Source: Octopus sinensis (Eukaryota). From it: 35,086 nucleotides of DNA. The stretch spans positions 1-35,086 of the forward strand of contig NW_021829868.1 of NCBI RefSeq assembly GCF_006345805.1. Direction: 5' to 3'. A program made the translations under genes and the position numbers. Under the pieces are notes generated by a model that saw only the letters and a program-made list of their open reading frames with translations, had not been told where the DNA came from and did not search any database. Positions 11,587 to 22,656 of this stretch are shown here, one piece after another (position 1 is the first letter of the stretch; every line of letters begins with the position of its first letter).

Positions 11587-11884
11587 ATATATATGTATGT
11601 ATCTCTATCTATCTATATAAAGCGCTAACAATTTAAATGAGATGTAAATAAATAATATAGATATAATCATCCAACATCTGACTACTTTATTACTCTAGAT
11701 ATGTGTGTGTGTGGTGTGTGTGTGCATGCATAGTATACACATCACACATTTGATGCATCAAATTCCACAAGGCAAATCATTAATTCATTTGATTTCTCTT
11801 TATTTCAAAATTTCATAATAAAATAATAGTAAAAAAAAAATAAAAAAAATACAATAAACATTATGTGTGTGTGTGTGTGTGTGT

Positions 11885-11987
11885 CATCATCATCATCATT
11901 ATCATCATCATTTAACATCCACGTTCCATGCTGGCATGGTTGGATGGTTTGACTGTGAATGGCAAGACAGATGGCTGCACCAGGCTC
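11885..11987 (-). mobile_element. RTE 3' terminal fragment with (GAT)n tail
   Basis: Reverse complement matches the 14120-14207 RTE end (..CCAACC.TGCCAGCATGGAA..GGATGTTAAATGATGATG). Confidence 0.7.
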
Positions 11988-12002
11988 ATACATATATATA
12001 TA

Positions 12003-12221
12003 TGTTTGTGTGGTATATTGACATTTCTGTGATAACGATCCCTATTGATCAATTTTGTTTCCTCTTCCTTTTTTTTATCCCCCCCCCTTTTTTTGTCCTC
12101 TTTCTTTCCTTTTACGATCCCATTTAATCGAAAACCAAACCCCCTTTTTTATCCCCAAAAGAAAAGCTCTACCTTGTAATTTGTCCTGTCTGTGTGCAGC
12201 CCTGTGTGGCTAATAAAGAAA
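12003..12221 (+). mobile_element. Probable LINE 3' UTR fragment sharing its tail with SINE family B
   Basis: Pyrimidine-rich stretch ending TTTGTCCTGTCTGTGTGCAGCCCTGTGTGGCTAATAAAGAAA, similar to the family B tail TTTGTCCCCTCTATGTTTAGCCCCTTGTGGGCAATAAAGAAA. Confidence 0.45.
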
Positions 12222-12516
12222 CAGACCGACCAGTCCATCAGATGTTGTTACACATCGCTGGTCACAATGCGTTCGCATTGTTTTAGCCTTTGAATGACGC
12301 CACCCCACTGGCTAAGCGAGCAGGCCAACAGAAGAAAGAGTGGGAGAAAGTTGTGGCGAAAGAGTACAGCAGGGATCACCACCCCCTGACGGAGCTTCAT
12401 AGAGTATTTAGGTGTTTTCACTCAATGAACACTCATAACGCCCAGTCTGGGAATTGAAACCGCGATCCTACGACCGCGAGTCCGCTGCCTTAACCACTTG
12501 GCCATTGTGCTTCCAC
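12222..12516 (-). mobile_element. SINE family C (tRNA-Arg-like head)
   Basis: Head GTGGAAGCACAATGGCCAAGTGGTTAAGGCAGCGGACTCGCGG..GGTTTCAATTCCC with A and B boxes. Shares its 5' ~190 bp with 29260-29642. Confidence 0.85.
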
Positions 12517-12603
12517 ACATACATACATATATATATATACATATACATATACATATATATATATATATATTTACATGCAACATGGAATACTAATTTATAT
12601 ATA

Positions 12604-14207
12604 CGACAGGGTTCCCCGTTCCCTTATCTGGTGGTCGATGCGGAAACTGGAGATTGAAGAATGGCTAATAAGTGCTGTACAGGCTCTATACAGAGAGGCT
12701 GTCAGCAAGGTTAGGATTGGCAACGAATATAGTGAAGAATTCCGAGTAGAAGTAGGTGTGCACCAGGGCTCAGCCCTCAGTCCCCTTTTATTCATCATAG
12801 TCCTTCAGGCAATAACAGAGGAATTCAAAACGGGATGCCCCTGGGAGCTCCTCTATGCCGATGACCTAGCTCTCATAGCAGAATCACTACCGGAACTAGA
12901 AGAGAAATTTCGGGTGTGGAAGCAAGGGTTGGAATCAAAGGGCCTTAAAATAAATGTAGCAAAGACCAAAGTATTAGTAAGCAGCATAGGTACTCATAGC
13001 ACACATCCCCTCGGGTAGGTGGCCCTGCTCACCTGTAGGAAAGGTACAGGTAGAACTCCATAAGATGCACCCAATGTAAGTTATGGACACATAAGAGGTG
13101 CAGCAACATTAAAGGGAAATTAACAGATAAGATAGCTTTCATGTGCGGCAGATGCACAGGGACAATAGACACAACAGACACTCAGAAAACAGATTCCATC
13201 ACACTCCAGGGAGAGAAACTAGAAGTAGTTGATAGTTTTCCGCTACCTGGGAGACCAAGTTAGTAGTGGAGGTGGATGCACAGAGTATCACCACTAGAAT
13301 ACGAATAGCCTGGGCAAAGTTCAGAAAGCTCCTACCCCTACTGGCAACAAAAGGTCTCTCCCTCAGAGCAAAAGGTAGATTGTATGATGCATGTGTGGCG
13401 AACTGCCATGCTTCACGGTAATGAAACATGGGCTGTGACTGCAGAAGACATGCGTAGACTTGAAAGAAATGAAGCTAGCATGATCCGCTGGATGTGTATG
13501 TCAGTGTGCATGCAAAACAGAGTGTAAGTATCCTGAGAGAAATGCTGGATATAAGAAGCATCAGATGTGGTGTGCAAGAGCGACGCTTGCGATGGTATGG
13601 TCATGTGCTGCGGATGGATGAAGAGAGATGTGTGAAGAAGTGCCACTCTCCCAAACAGTTGAAGGTATCAGGGGGAGAGGTAGACCCAGGAAGACATGGG
13701 ATGAGGTGGTCAAGCATGACCTCAGAGCATTGGGCCTCACTGAGGCAATGGCGAAGGACCGAGATCTCTGGAGATATGCTGTGACTACAAAGACCCGGGC
13801 TGCTTTCTGCAGCAATTCCACATACCCCCTACCCATTCTAAGTACCCCAGATCCCCAAAGTACCCTGGATCCCCAAAGTACCCCGATCCCCTACCCTGGA
13901 CCTCTGGATCCCCAAAGTACCCCGATCCCCAAAGTACCCCGGACTTCGTTGCCCCCGTGCCGCTGACACGTTAAAATGCTCGAACCGATCGTGACGATGC
14001 CGGACCCTCCGGCCCCTGTGCAGGTGGCACGTAAAAAGCACCCAATCCACTCACGGAGTGGTTGGCGTTAGGAAGGGCATCCAGCCGTAGAAACTCTGCC
14101 AGATTCAGACTGGAGCCTGGAGCGGCCCCTGGCTTCCCAGACCCGGTCAAACCGTCCAACCCGTGCTAGCGCGGAAAGCGGACGTTAAACGATGATGATG
14201 ATGATGA
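12604..14207 (+). mobile_element. 5'-truncated RTE-clade LINE, decayed RT C-terminal half plus 3' UTR
   Basis: GVHQGSALSPLLF..LLYADD..GLKINVAKTKV RT motifs, then RRLRWYGHVLRM and GRGRPRKTW, with frameshifts. 17-18-bp tandem repeat at 13840-13945; (GAT)n tail. Confidence 0.95.
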
Positions 14208-14675
14208 TTGCATGGTACAGTTATAGAAACTCACAAACAAAACTCAAAGTTTCTGCATTAACGATATGATGATTGTGGTATTTCCTCAGGTATTAGAAAC
14301 TTGATGACAAAAACAAAACAAAAAAAAAACGTCACTGCTGTTAGGAAAGATCCCCATTATACATTCAAGATCCACTGCAACCACAAGGGAGCCAGCCACA
14401 TGAATTCGATATCTAATTTCCCACCAGTAGCTCATCATAGTATTGTGGGAAGCAAATCTCGTGACTATTTATTTCTATAACTCAAAGTTATCATGGAACA
14501 TGGCAAGTTGTTCAAAACCTTTCTTCTTCCCAGAAATCTTTATTGAATCCTGTATACTCACTGTATACATTCATTTGTCGTGTGTCTGAATAAAACCTTG
14601 AACACGAAGATACTCGCACTGAACGAGCGTTGTCATTATTTACTGCACAGTGGTATTTCATGGTAATTGGATTAA

Positions 14676-14879
14676 CCCTTTCGTTACTGTATTTATTTTG
14701 AGATGTTCCGTATTTCTTTCAATTATTTTAAATACAACAAAGAATTTAGTACAATAACTTAATTATCATTAAGCTAGTGTTAGGAACATAAATTGGGACT
14801 AAGGTTTGGTGGAAGATTTTAATTCAAAACTTTTGAAAACAAGACATTTGTACTTAGAGCCAGGTTGGTAACGAAAGGG
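14676..14879. mobile_element. piggyBac-like MITE in the predicted TNF 3' UTR
   Basis: TTAA|CCCTTTCGTTAC ... GTAACGAAAGGG|TTAA: 12-bp TIRs with TTAA at 14672-14675 and 14880-14883. Confidence 0.88.
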
Positions 14880-14926
14880 TTAAAATAAATGACCCTCAAT
14901 AAAATGAGAGTGCTGTCACTCACATT

Positions 14927-15312
14927 CTATGGAGGTTCATTTATTTTCAAAACGGTGATAGACAGGTGGCTTGTGTGCTTGTCAGGGCTGATGAATTTTA
15001 CCATGTTCATCTTCAGAAAGATTGTGTCATTAGCTTTCAATTTGCGTGTAACTGATAATTCTATTATCTCATGTTTTGATATATGTGAGGAATCTAAAGT
15101 CTTTTTCTTAGATTCAATCTTTGTTTCATTCTTTGTGTACAAAGTTAGGAATAAATGAAAGTCTGGTGTATCTTCTGAAAAATAAAGTTGTACTACAAAT
15201 TTTATGTCATAAACTCCATCTTGTGGTATAGTAATATAGGTTCCATCAATCAATTCTATGTCGCCTTCTTGCTGGTTCTCATCTTTAATCCACTGCAAAT
15301 AAGTCATTTCCA
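14927..15312 (-). CDS. TNF-superfamily ligand paralog B, last exon (TNF homology domain)
   Basis: Acceptor TTTCCATTTCAG|TG (phase 1). Reads EMTYLQWIKDENQQEGDIELIDGTYITIPQDGVYDIKFVVQLYF...ELSVTRKLKANDTIFLKMN..SHLSITVL, aligning by eye with TNF motifs LQW..G.EL.D..L.VP..G.Y.I..QV.F and ..FQL.KGD.L..FGI. Stop TAG at 14929-14927. Confidence 0.85.
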
Positions 15313-15378
15313 CTGAAATGGAAATCAATAATAACAACAACAATAAATACATATTAATTTTTTTCACACAGCAATATA

Positions 15379-15750
15379 GGCGCAGGAGTGGCTGTGTGGT
15401 AAATAGCTCGCTTACCAACCACATGGTTCCGGGTTCAGTCCCACTGTGTGACAACTTGGGCAAGTGTCTTCTACTATAGCCTTGGGCCGACCAAAGCCTT
15501 GTGAGTGGATTTGGTAGATGGAAACTGAAAGAAGCCCGTCATATATATGTATATATATATATGTGTGCGTGTATGTTTGTGTGTCTGTGTTTGTCCCCCC
15601 AACATCGCTTGACAACCAATGCTGGTGTGTTTACGTCCCCGTAACTTAGCGGTTCAGCAAAAGAGACTGATAGAATAAGTACTAGGCTTACAAAGAATAA
15701 GTCCTGGGGGTCAATTTCCTTGATTAAAGGCGGTGCTCCAGCATGGCCAC
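15379..15750 (+). mobile_element. SINE family A, near full length
   Basis: GGCGCAGGAGTGGCTGTGTGG head through CCAGCATGGCCAC. Lies 66 bp from the last-exon acceptor. Confidence 0.9.
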
Positions 15751-16033
15751 ATGTTGGAGGCTTGCATGCTTGTTTGCTCGCAAAATACCCTTAAATCTGT
15801 AATTTCAGTTATTTAATGGGCATAATGCAAATTATGAGAAAAAGTGTGCAATAAATCTGTATAAATTAGCTTACCCAACTCTTTGTAACCCTTTGTTTTT
15901 AGGTAAAACAAGGCATGGTGAACTGAAAATTAAGAAGAGAGAAAGCAGACAGTGAGAAGGATATATTTTAATATAGGTTCAATATCAACAGAAGACTATT
16001 CAAAGAAAAGAGTACCTCCTGATGTATTTCATA

Positions 16034-16338
16034 CTAGCATTATAGCCCGGCATTGCTTGGGTTTGTAAGGGAAGTAACTATATAAGCATTTTAGAGTTTT
16101 TCTTCCCTTATATAAAACCGAGTGAAAAATGGATTAAAAACGGGGAAAAATGATGGTAAATTTTTTTTTAAATCGTAGACTCATCGTAGATGCGCACTAA
16201 TACCTAGAAGAGCTCGATATGAATCACAACTATAGGATACCCGCTTTTGGTTAAACTGCACTGCAAAATGTGGGAGTAGTTAGGAATCTAAATCGGAGTA
16301 GACAGACACACACACAACTACAGTTTTATATATAAAGA
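16034..16338 (-). mobile_element. Non-autonomous Helitron, same family as 8501-8902
   Basis: Minus strand A|TCTTTATATATAAAA ... CCCAAGCAATGCCGGG-CTATAATG-CTAG|T. Confidence 0.85.
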
Positions 16339-16485
16339 TATTGAATACTTCAGATTAGCATCTAATAAACAATTATACAACATATTAACTGTTTTACAAT
16401 CATCATTAACCATAATGAAAATGATCTATATGGAGAACAAGTATTAACCATTAATGAAAGAGTGCCAAGACTAAGCATCCATTAA

Positions 16486-16931
16486 GGCGGCGAGGTGGCA
16501 GAAACGTTAGCACGCTGGGCAAAATGATTTGTGGTATTTCGTCTGTCGTTATGTTCTGAGTTCAAATTCTGCCGAGGTCGACTTTGCCTTTCATCCTTTC
16601 GGGGTCCATAAATAAAGTACCAGTTTCGCACTAGGGTCGATGTAATCGTCTTAATACCTTTGTCTGTCCTTGTTTGTTCCCTCTATGTTTAGCCCCTTGT
16701 GGGCAGTAAGGAAATAAGAAACATTAGCACACCGGGCGAAATGCTTTGTGGTATTTTGTCTGTCGTTACGTTCTGAGTTCAAATTCCACCGACGTCAACT
16801 TTGCCTTTCATCCTTTCGGGGTCCATAAATAAAGTACCAGTTTCGCACTGGGGTCTATGTAATCGGCTTGATCCGTTTGTCTGTCCTTGTTTGTCCCCTC
16901 TATGTTTAGCTCCTTGTGGGTAGTAAAGAAA
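16486..16931 (+). mobile_element. SINE family B head-to-tail dimer
   Basis: Full monomer GGCGGCGAGGTGGCAGAAACGTTAGC..GGAAATAAG joined to a second copy that restarts at AAACATTAGCAC. Confidence 0.9.
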
Positions 16932-17056
16932 TATATATAAGCATCCATATATTTCACACATCGCACAGTAGTTACGTGAGCTTTAACATGGTCATCTAAA
17001 GCCATTGTCCAGTCAAATATTATAGGCATTTTTTTCATATATTTAATGATATCTTT

Positions 17057-17466
17057 TTACTCTCTTTTACTCTTTTACTTGTTTTAATCATTTGACTGCG
17101 GCCATGCTGGAGCACCGCCGTTAGTCAAGCAAATCGACCCTGGGACTTATTCTTTGTAAGCCCAGTACTTATTTTATCGGTCTCTTTTGCCGAACCACTA
17201 AGTGACGGGGATGTAAACACACCAGCATCGGTTGTCAAGCAATGCTAGGGGGAAAAACACAGACACACAAACATACACGCACACATATTTATATACATAT
17301 ATACGACGGGCTTCTTTCAGTTTCCGTCTACCAAATCCACTCAAAAGGCATTGGTCTGCCCGGGGCTATAGCAGAAGACACTTGCCCAAGATGCCATGCA
17401 GTGGGACTGAACCCGGAACCATGTGGTTGGTAAGCAAGCTACTTACCACACAGCCACTCCTGTACC
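17057..17466 (-). mobile_element. SINE family A, full length
   Basis: Reverse complement of the family A head, body and (AGAGTAAA)n tail. Confidence 0.9.
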
Positions 17467-17654
17467 TGTGTGTATTTTTGCCATTTATTTCTTTAGTATG
17501 TCTGTTTTTTTTCATGTTGAAGGTATTACTATCTATTTTAAGACTGTAGTGTATTAAGGAGATGTTCAGTGATTTCATTGACATTACAATATGTTACAGT
17601 GTCATGATATTATGAACATGCAAAAAGCAAAATAATGGCAAAACATGTACTTAC

Positions 17655-17694
17655 ATTTAGAAGCTGGTGTCTGAACTTGTACTTTACTTTGTTT
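17655..17694 (-). CDS. TNF-ligand paralog B, 40-nt micro-exon (KQSKVQVQTPASK plus 1 nt)
   Basis: Polypyrimidine acceptor TTTTCTTTTTCTCTCTAATTTAG and donor T|GTAAGT. Phase 0 in and phase 1 out bridge exon 1 and the last exon exactly (159+40+386=585 nt). Confidence 0.7.
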
Positions 17695-17757
17695 CTAAAT
17701 TAGAGAGAAAAAGAAAATTAAGATAAGATCGTGTCAGCTGTTGTTTGCATTACTTAC

Positions 17758-17955
17758 ATCATATTGCTGTCCTTTTTAATGATTGTATCAAGACTGACAC
17801 TGTCTTGTTATAATCTTGGATCAGACTTGATATTTGTACCAATACATTTAATGTTGTAGCTGATGTTGTCATCCTTTAGCTTCCAGATTAATGTGGAGAA
17901 GGTTGTTGCATGTCTCTTCTTGTGGTGTCTGAAGGCTGAAAGATGTTTGTTGTAT
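17758..17955 (-). other. Candidate additional stalk exon (198 nt, phase 0-0), not open as assembled
   Basis: Strong donor GAT|GTAAGT, a 63-nt intron-like gap to the micro-exon, and acceptor TTTTAATCCAG. Needs a +1 and a -1 correction in A runs to read through. Confidence 0.3.
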
Positions 17956-18356
17956 CTGGATTAAAATTTTTGTCTACTGATTCAATATAATACCTGGTCT
18001 TAGTAATAACATCACAAAAAAGATCCCTAGACAAAAACTATATAGATGTTTGATATGTTCCCTTGAAAAACGGTATCTTTTAAAAACTTAAGAACCTCCA
18101 ATGACTGTAAAAATTACAGAGAAGGGATTTTTTCCTTGTGTCCACCTTTTATAAAATACATCTTAATGAGGATTAAATATAGACCACCTGAAACATTATA
18201 AACTATTCTAGTATGGTTTGTGTAATTTTGATATCTATAAGACACTGGTTGTATTTGCTGTGGAGGTGATTATCTTCCCTGTGTTTTTCTATCTATCTTT
18301 TTCTAAATGTGCATTCTCATTCCAATGTCAACGACATTGAATTGCATATATATATA

Positions 18357-18730
18357 CTAGTAGTATAGCTCAGCATTGCCTGGGATTAAGTTAGGATTAT
18401 TAAGTGATCAAGCGCTATATTTCAAACCAAAATAAGTGACATCAGCATCAAATTTGACTGAAATCCGTTGAAATTGGTAATCATTTGGCTGAAAATGGGT
18501 TGCAGGCAATTTGATTGGGAAATCCCATAAGGAATTGGTTTATTTATTATTCTACTCATTGATTGTTTTTTTGTTTTTGTTTTTGAGGAATTCAAAGACC
18601 CCATGAGTCCTAAGCAATGCTGGCTTCACGTTTGAGCAAAATGTGTCGAAATTGGTAAAAGTTATGGTTGAAAATGAGGTGTAGCCAATTTTAGTGGGAA
18701 ATCCTATGAGGAATTGGTTTATCAGTTTTT
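18357..18730 (-). mobile_element. Possible old Helitron-like 3' end with ~120-bp internal repeats
   Basis: Minus-strand CCCAGGCAATGCTGAG..CTAG|T end; two diverged copies of GAAATTGGTAA..GGGAAATCC.AT.AGGAATTGGTTTAT. Confidence 0.4.
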
Positions 18731-18767
18731 TATTCTGATTGAATGAAAAACCCCATATATATACATA

Positions 18768-19230
18768 TTTACTCTTTTACTTGTTTCAGTCATTTGATTG
18801 TAGCCATGCTGGAGCACCGCCTTTAGTCAAGCAAATCGATTCCAGCACTTATTCTTTGTAAGCCTAGTACTTATTCTATTTTATATGTATGTATGTGTGT
18901 ATATGTTTGTGTGTCTGTGTTTGTCCCCCCCAACATCGCTTGACAACTGATGCTGGTGTGTTTATGTCCCCATAACTTAGCGGTTCGGCAAATATATATA
19001 TAAACGACTGGCTTCTTTCAATTTCCGTCTACCAAATCCACTCAGAAGGCTTTGGTCAGCCTGAGGCTATAGTAGAAGACACTTGCCCAAGGTGCCACGC
19101 AGTGGGACTGAACTTGGAACCATGTGGTTGGTAAGCAAGCTACTTTATTTTATCTAATTTGCCACAGGGGCATTACACAGATGCAGCTTTGCGGGCTGGA
19201 CATAGACATTGATGGTATGAATGATGGTAT
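18768..19230. repeat. Family A SINE with internal inversion plus flank, duplicated at 22657-23115
   Basis: Minus-strand SINE whose central TGTGTCTGTGTTTGTCCCC..GCGGTTCGGCAAA segment is in plus orientation. The same structure and unique flank recur ~3.9 kb away. Confidence 0.85.
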
Positions 19231-19567
19231 AAAACTGGTTTTATATTATGACTTGCTAAAGGTGACCCACTTTACGCGTGGCTGGAGCTCTGATTGTTAC
19301 TTTCTGTTTCTTATCACCACATTCTCACTCTCTGTTTCTCTCTCCTTTCTCACTTTTCCACTCTCTTACTCTTCCTTTCTCTCGGACTCTCCTTCGCTTT
19401 CTCTCACTCTTTATCTTTCTCTATCTATCTCTCTTCCATTTATAAAAAATTAGATTTCTGTGTTTAAATTACAAATCCACTTCCACTTTACCATGCTGAA
19501 AATTTGATTGAAATCGGGCAAAAGGTGTCCGATCTAGACCCCCCCCCCCCCAGTGTCTCCCAAAATC

Positions 19568-20299
19568 GAATCTTTTCCTTTTGAACGGCAGTTGTCAACA
19601 CAATTTCTAGTTAATTAAACACTTTTAAACTTTGTATACTGGTAGAATATGTCAGAATAAAAGACATTTTTCTCTTGGCTTTCTTGAGAAAATTGTAATT
19701 TGTAAGTTTAACGTAGTTTAATTTTTCAAATTTTAACCAATCAATGGCCTCTATTGAGCTAAAATCATTTGCTGCGTCTAAAACTGAGACAACATCCTGC
19801 CACTAACCTTAACCCTAACCCTATATTTTAGCCTTTTGTTTTTTTTTCTTAATTGTTCAATTAATTTAATTGTTACGCGTGTGTCTAAAATTATTTGTTT
19901 TATTTTTGTTTTGAGATACATGTGTAATGTTTAAACTATTTTCCATTGCTTAAGAAAAAAGAAACGAAAGGCTAAAACGAAAGCAACGGAAAATAATTTA
20001 AACAATTAACAAACAAAATAATTCTATAATTTTATACACGTGCTTTCTGTACGTAAACATAATAGTGACAGGATGTTTGTCTCAGTTTTAGACGCAGCAA
20101 ATGATTTTAGCTCAATAGAGGCCATTGATTGGTTAAAATTGGAAAAATTAAATTACATTAAACTTACAAATTACAATTTTCTCAAGAAAGCCAAGAAAAA
20201 AATGTTTTATTTTGACACATTCTACCAGTATATGAAGTTGAAAAGTATTTAGTTAACTAGAAATTGTGTTGAAAACTGCCGTTCAAAAGGAAAAGATCC
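19568..20299. mobile_element. Fold-back MITE with ~230-bp TIRs and 8-bp TSD, related to 9171-9586
   Basis: Ends G(A)ATCTTTTCCTTTTGAACGGCAG / CTGCCGTTCAAAAGGAAAAGATCC. TSD CCAAAATC at 19560-19567 and 20300-20307. Confidence 0.9.
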
Positions 20300-20853
20300 C
20301 CAAAATCAATAAAATCCCAGTTTTCACACCAAAGCAACAACCATAGCGCCCCAAAACGTCTCGCAATCAATTTCCCACCTCAAGTTATCCACTCCTGTAA
20401 ACATTAATCCCCTTCCAGCCCCATTTAGACCCCTTTTTACATAAAAATCCAATTTGTCTCAACGTTTGCCTTCTTCATTTTATAGATTAGACAGATATAC
20501 CGGGACTTGCCTGGGATTAAAATAGTTTATTATTGTTTTACTTGTTTCGGTATTATAACCCGATTTCATTCAGGTCTACGGGGGCCACATTTTAAAAGAT
20601 GAGGAATTTTGCCCCAGAGGCGATGCCTTTCAATTGAGCAAACTCAAAGTTGCCATGCAAACTTGCTAGCACATTTAACATAGGTGTGCATATTTTCAGC
20701 TGAATCCGCTCACGTATGCACACATTATATATATGCATACACATTAAATATGTACATATATACGCATTCTATATACATGTCTATACACATATATATTTAT
20801 ATATATATATATATATATCTACACACATATATACAAATATATACACTTTATAT

Positions 20854-21881
20854 ATAAGATGCACCAAATGTAAGCTATGGACACATAAGAGGTGCAGCAA
20901 TGTCAAAGGAAGGCTAATTAGGAAGATAGTTTTTGTATGTGGCAGATGCTCAGGAGCAATAAACACTGAAAATGCTCTGAGGCCAACTTCCGCCACATTC
21001 CAGGGAGAAAACTAGAAATAGTTGATAGCTTCCGTTAAACCTAGGTGACCAAGTCAGTAGCGGGGGCAGGTGTGCTGAAAGTGTAACTGCTAGAGTAAGA
21101 ATAGCCTGGGCAAAGTTCAGAGAGCTCTTACCTCTGCTGGTGTCAAAAGGCTTCTCGCTCAGAGTAAAAGGCAGACTGTATGATGCATGTGTACGAACAG
21201 CCATGCTACATGGCAGTGAAACATGGGCCGTGACTGCTGAAGATATGTGTAAGCTTGCAAGAAATGAAGCCAGTATGCTCTGATAGATGTGTAACGTCAG
21301 TGTTCATACTCGACAGAGTGTAAGTACCTTGAGAGAAAAGTTGAACCTAAGAAGCATCAGTTGTGGTGTGCAAGAGAGACGTTTGTGCTGGTATGGTCAT
21401 GTGGCAAGAATGGATGAAGATAGTTGTGTGAAAAAGTGCCACACCCTAGCGGTTGAGGGAACCTGTGGAAGAGGCAGACCCAGGAAAACCTGGGACGAGG
21501 TGGTGAAGCACGACCTTCGAACTTTAGGTCTCACCGAGGAAATGACTTGTGACCAAGACCTTTGGAAGTATGCTCTGTGTGAGAAGACCTGGCAGGACAA
21601 GTGAGGCCATAACCCGGGGCCTTTACCTGGGATGTAGCCAGTCCACCTATGCATACCTTTCCTTCTTGGGACACAAAACACTACTTGTGAAGACCTGCTG
21701 AGGCAAGTGAAAATCAAATCAAAATAAAAAATCAAAATCATCAACATCAATGGAAATTGCAGCTGTGATACCAGTGCCGGTGGTACGTACGTAACAGAAC
21801 CATCCGAACGTGTTCGTTGCCAGCGTCGCCCCGACTGGCCTCGTGCAGGTAGCATGTAAAAAGCACCATCCGATCGTGGCT
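20854..21881 (+). mobile_element. Second decayed RTE LINE fragment (3' ORF part plus partial UTR)
   Basis: Reads ..RIAWAKFRELLPLL..GRLYDACVRTAMLHGSETW.. and ERRLCWYGHVARM..GRGRPRKTW, with stops and frameshifts. Confidence 0.92.
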
Positions 21882-21884
21882 GTA

Positions 21885-22076
21885 ACGTCATTGATTAGTT
21901 GAAATTGCAGAAATTGAAGAAAAATAACAACAAATATTTTACAAACTATAGAATTTTCTCAATAAAGCCAAGAGAAAAAGATGCTTTATAAACACATTCT
22001 ACCAGTAACAAAGTTTAAAAGTGTTTAGTTACATGGAAATTATTTAAAAAACTGCCGGTCAAAACCGAAAAGATCC
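21885..22076. mobile_element. Right half of the 9171-type MITE
   Basis: Matches ~9390-9586 and ends AAAACCGAAAAGATCC. Confidence 0.85.
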
Positions 22077-22080
22077 AGTT

Positions 22081-22430
22081 TTAAATAAGGTAAGAAAAAT
22101 TTCAAAATTTTTCCATAAATCTCCTACAAAAACTGAAATTTTGCAAGATTTTGTACAAGTGAACTTTGCTAACAAAGAATATAAACTTATACTGGATTGC
22201 AGAAATAGGTGGAATAGCACATTCCATGTGATTGAGAGATTTTTGAAATTAAAAAGCTGCATTCCAAATGCTCTACGAGCAGTACTTTCCACAGATGCCG
22301 GAGCTGACGAAGAATGAAAATCTCTCGATTTACTATATGAAATTCTGCATCCAATAGAAATCATTTTGAAGGCTATTTGCGCTGATGATACAGATTTACC
22401 GAAAGCGGAATATAGAACTTTAAATTTCAA
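22081..22430 (+). pseudogene. hAT transposase fragment
   Basis: LNKVRKISKFFHKSPTKTEILQ..LILDCRNRWNSTFHVIERFLKLK..DEE*KSLDLLYEILHPIEIILKAIC. RWNST motif typical of hAT transposases; TGA replaces a usually conserved Trp. Not in the ORF track. Confidence 0.85.
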
Positions 22431-22656
22431 AAGAAGAAAAAAAATTGTGACATATGACTGTATGTGTGTGAGCTTTCTTGCTAGTTTTTTTAAGTAATTT
22501 ACTAATGACTGAAACAAATATATAAATGAAAATAAATAAAAGACTATCAGTACTTAATGGGAATAAACTTTTGGTGGACTTGTACACATTACATATATCT
22601 ACAGAATAGAAGTTGAAATTTCAAAGTTTTCTTTTAGTAATTTAGTCTCTTTACTA

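Noticed and set aside
15313-15463. N-terminal 51 aa of the 178-aa ORF, including an apparent poly-Leu signal or TM stretch
   Set aside because: It is intronic: a SINE head plus (TTG/TTA)n polypyrimidine tract upstream of the acceptor at 15313.
18225-18310. Possible additional minus-strand exon after acceptor-like CATTTAG
   Set aside because: All three frames hit stops within ~11 codons and there is no convincing donor.
19805-19822. TAACCC/TTAGGG telomere-like repeats (also ~9273-9285 and ~31640-31652)
   Set aside because: Only about 2 units, always internal to the MITE family, so not an interstitial telomere.
22059-22517. 152-aa minus-strand ORF
   Set aside because: Antisense shadow of the plus-strand hAT transposase fragment.
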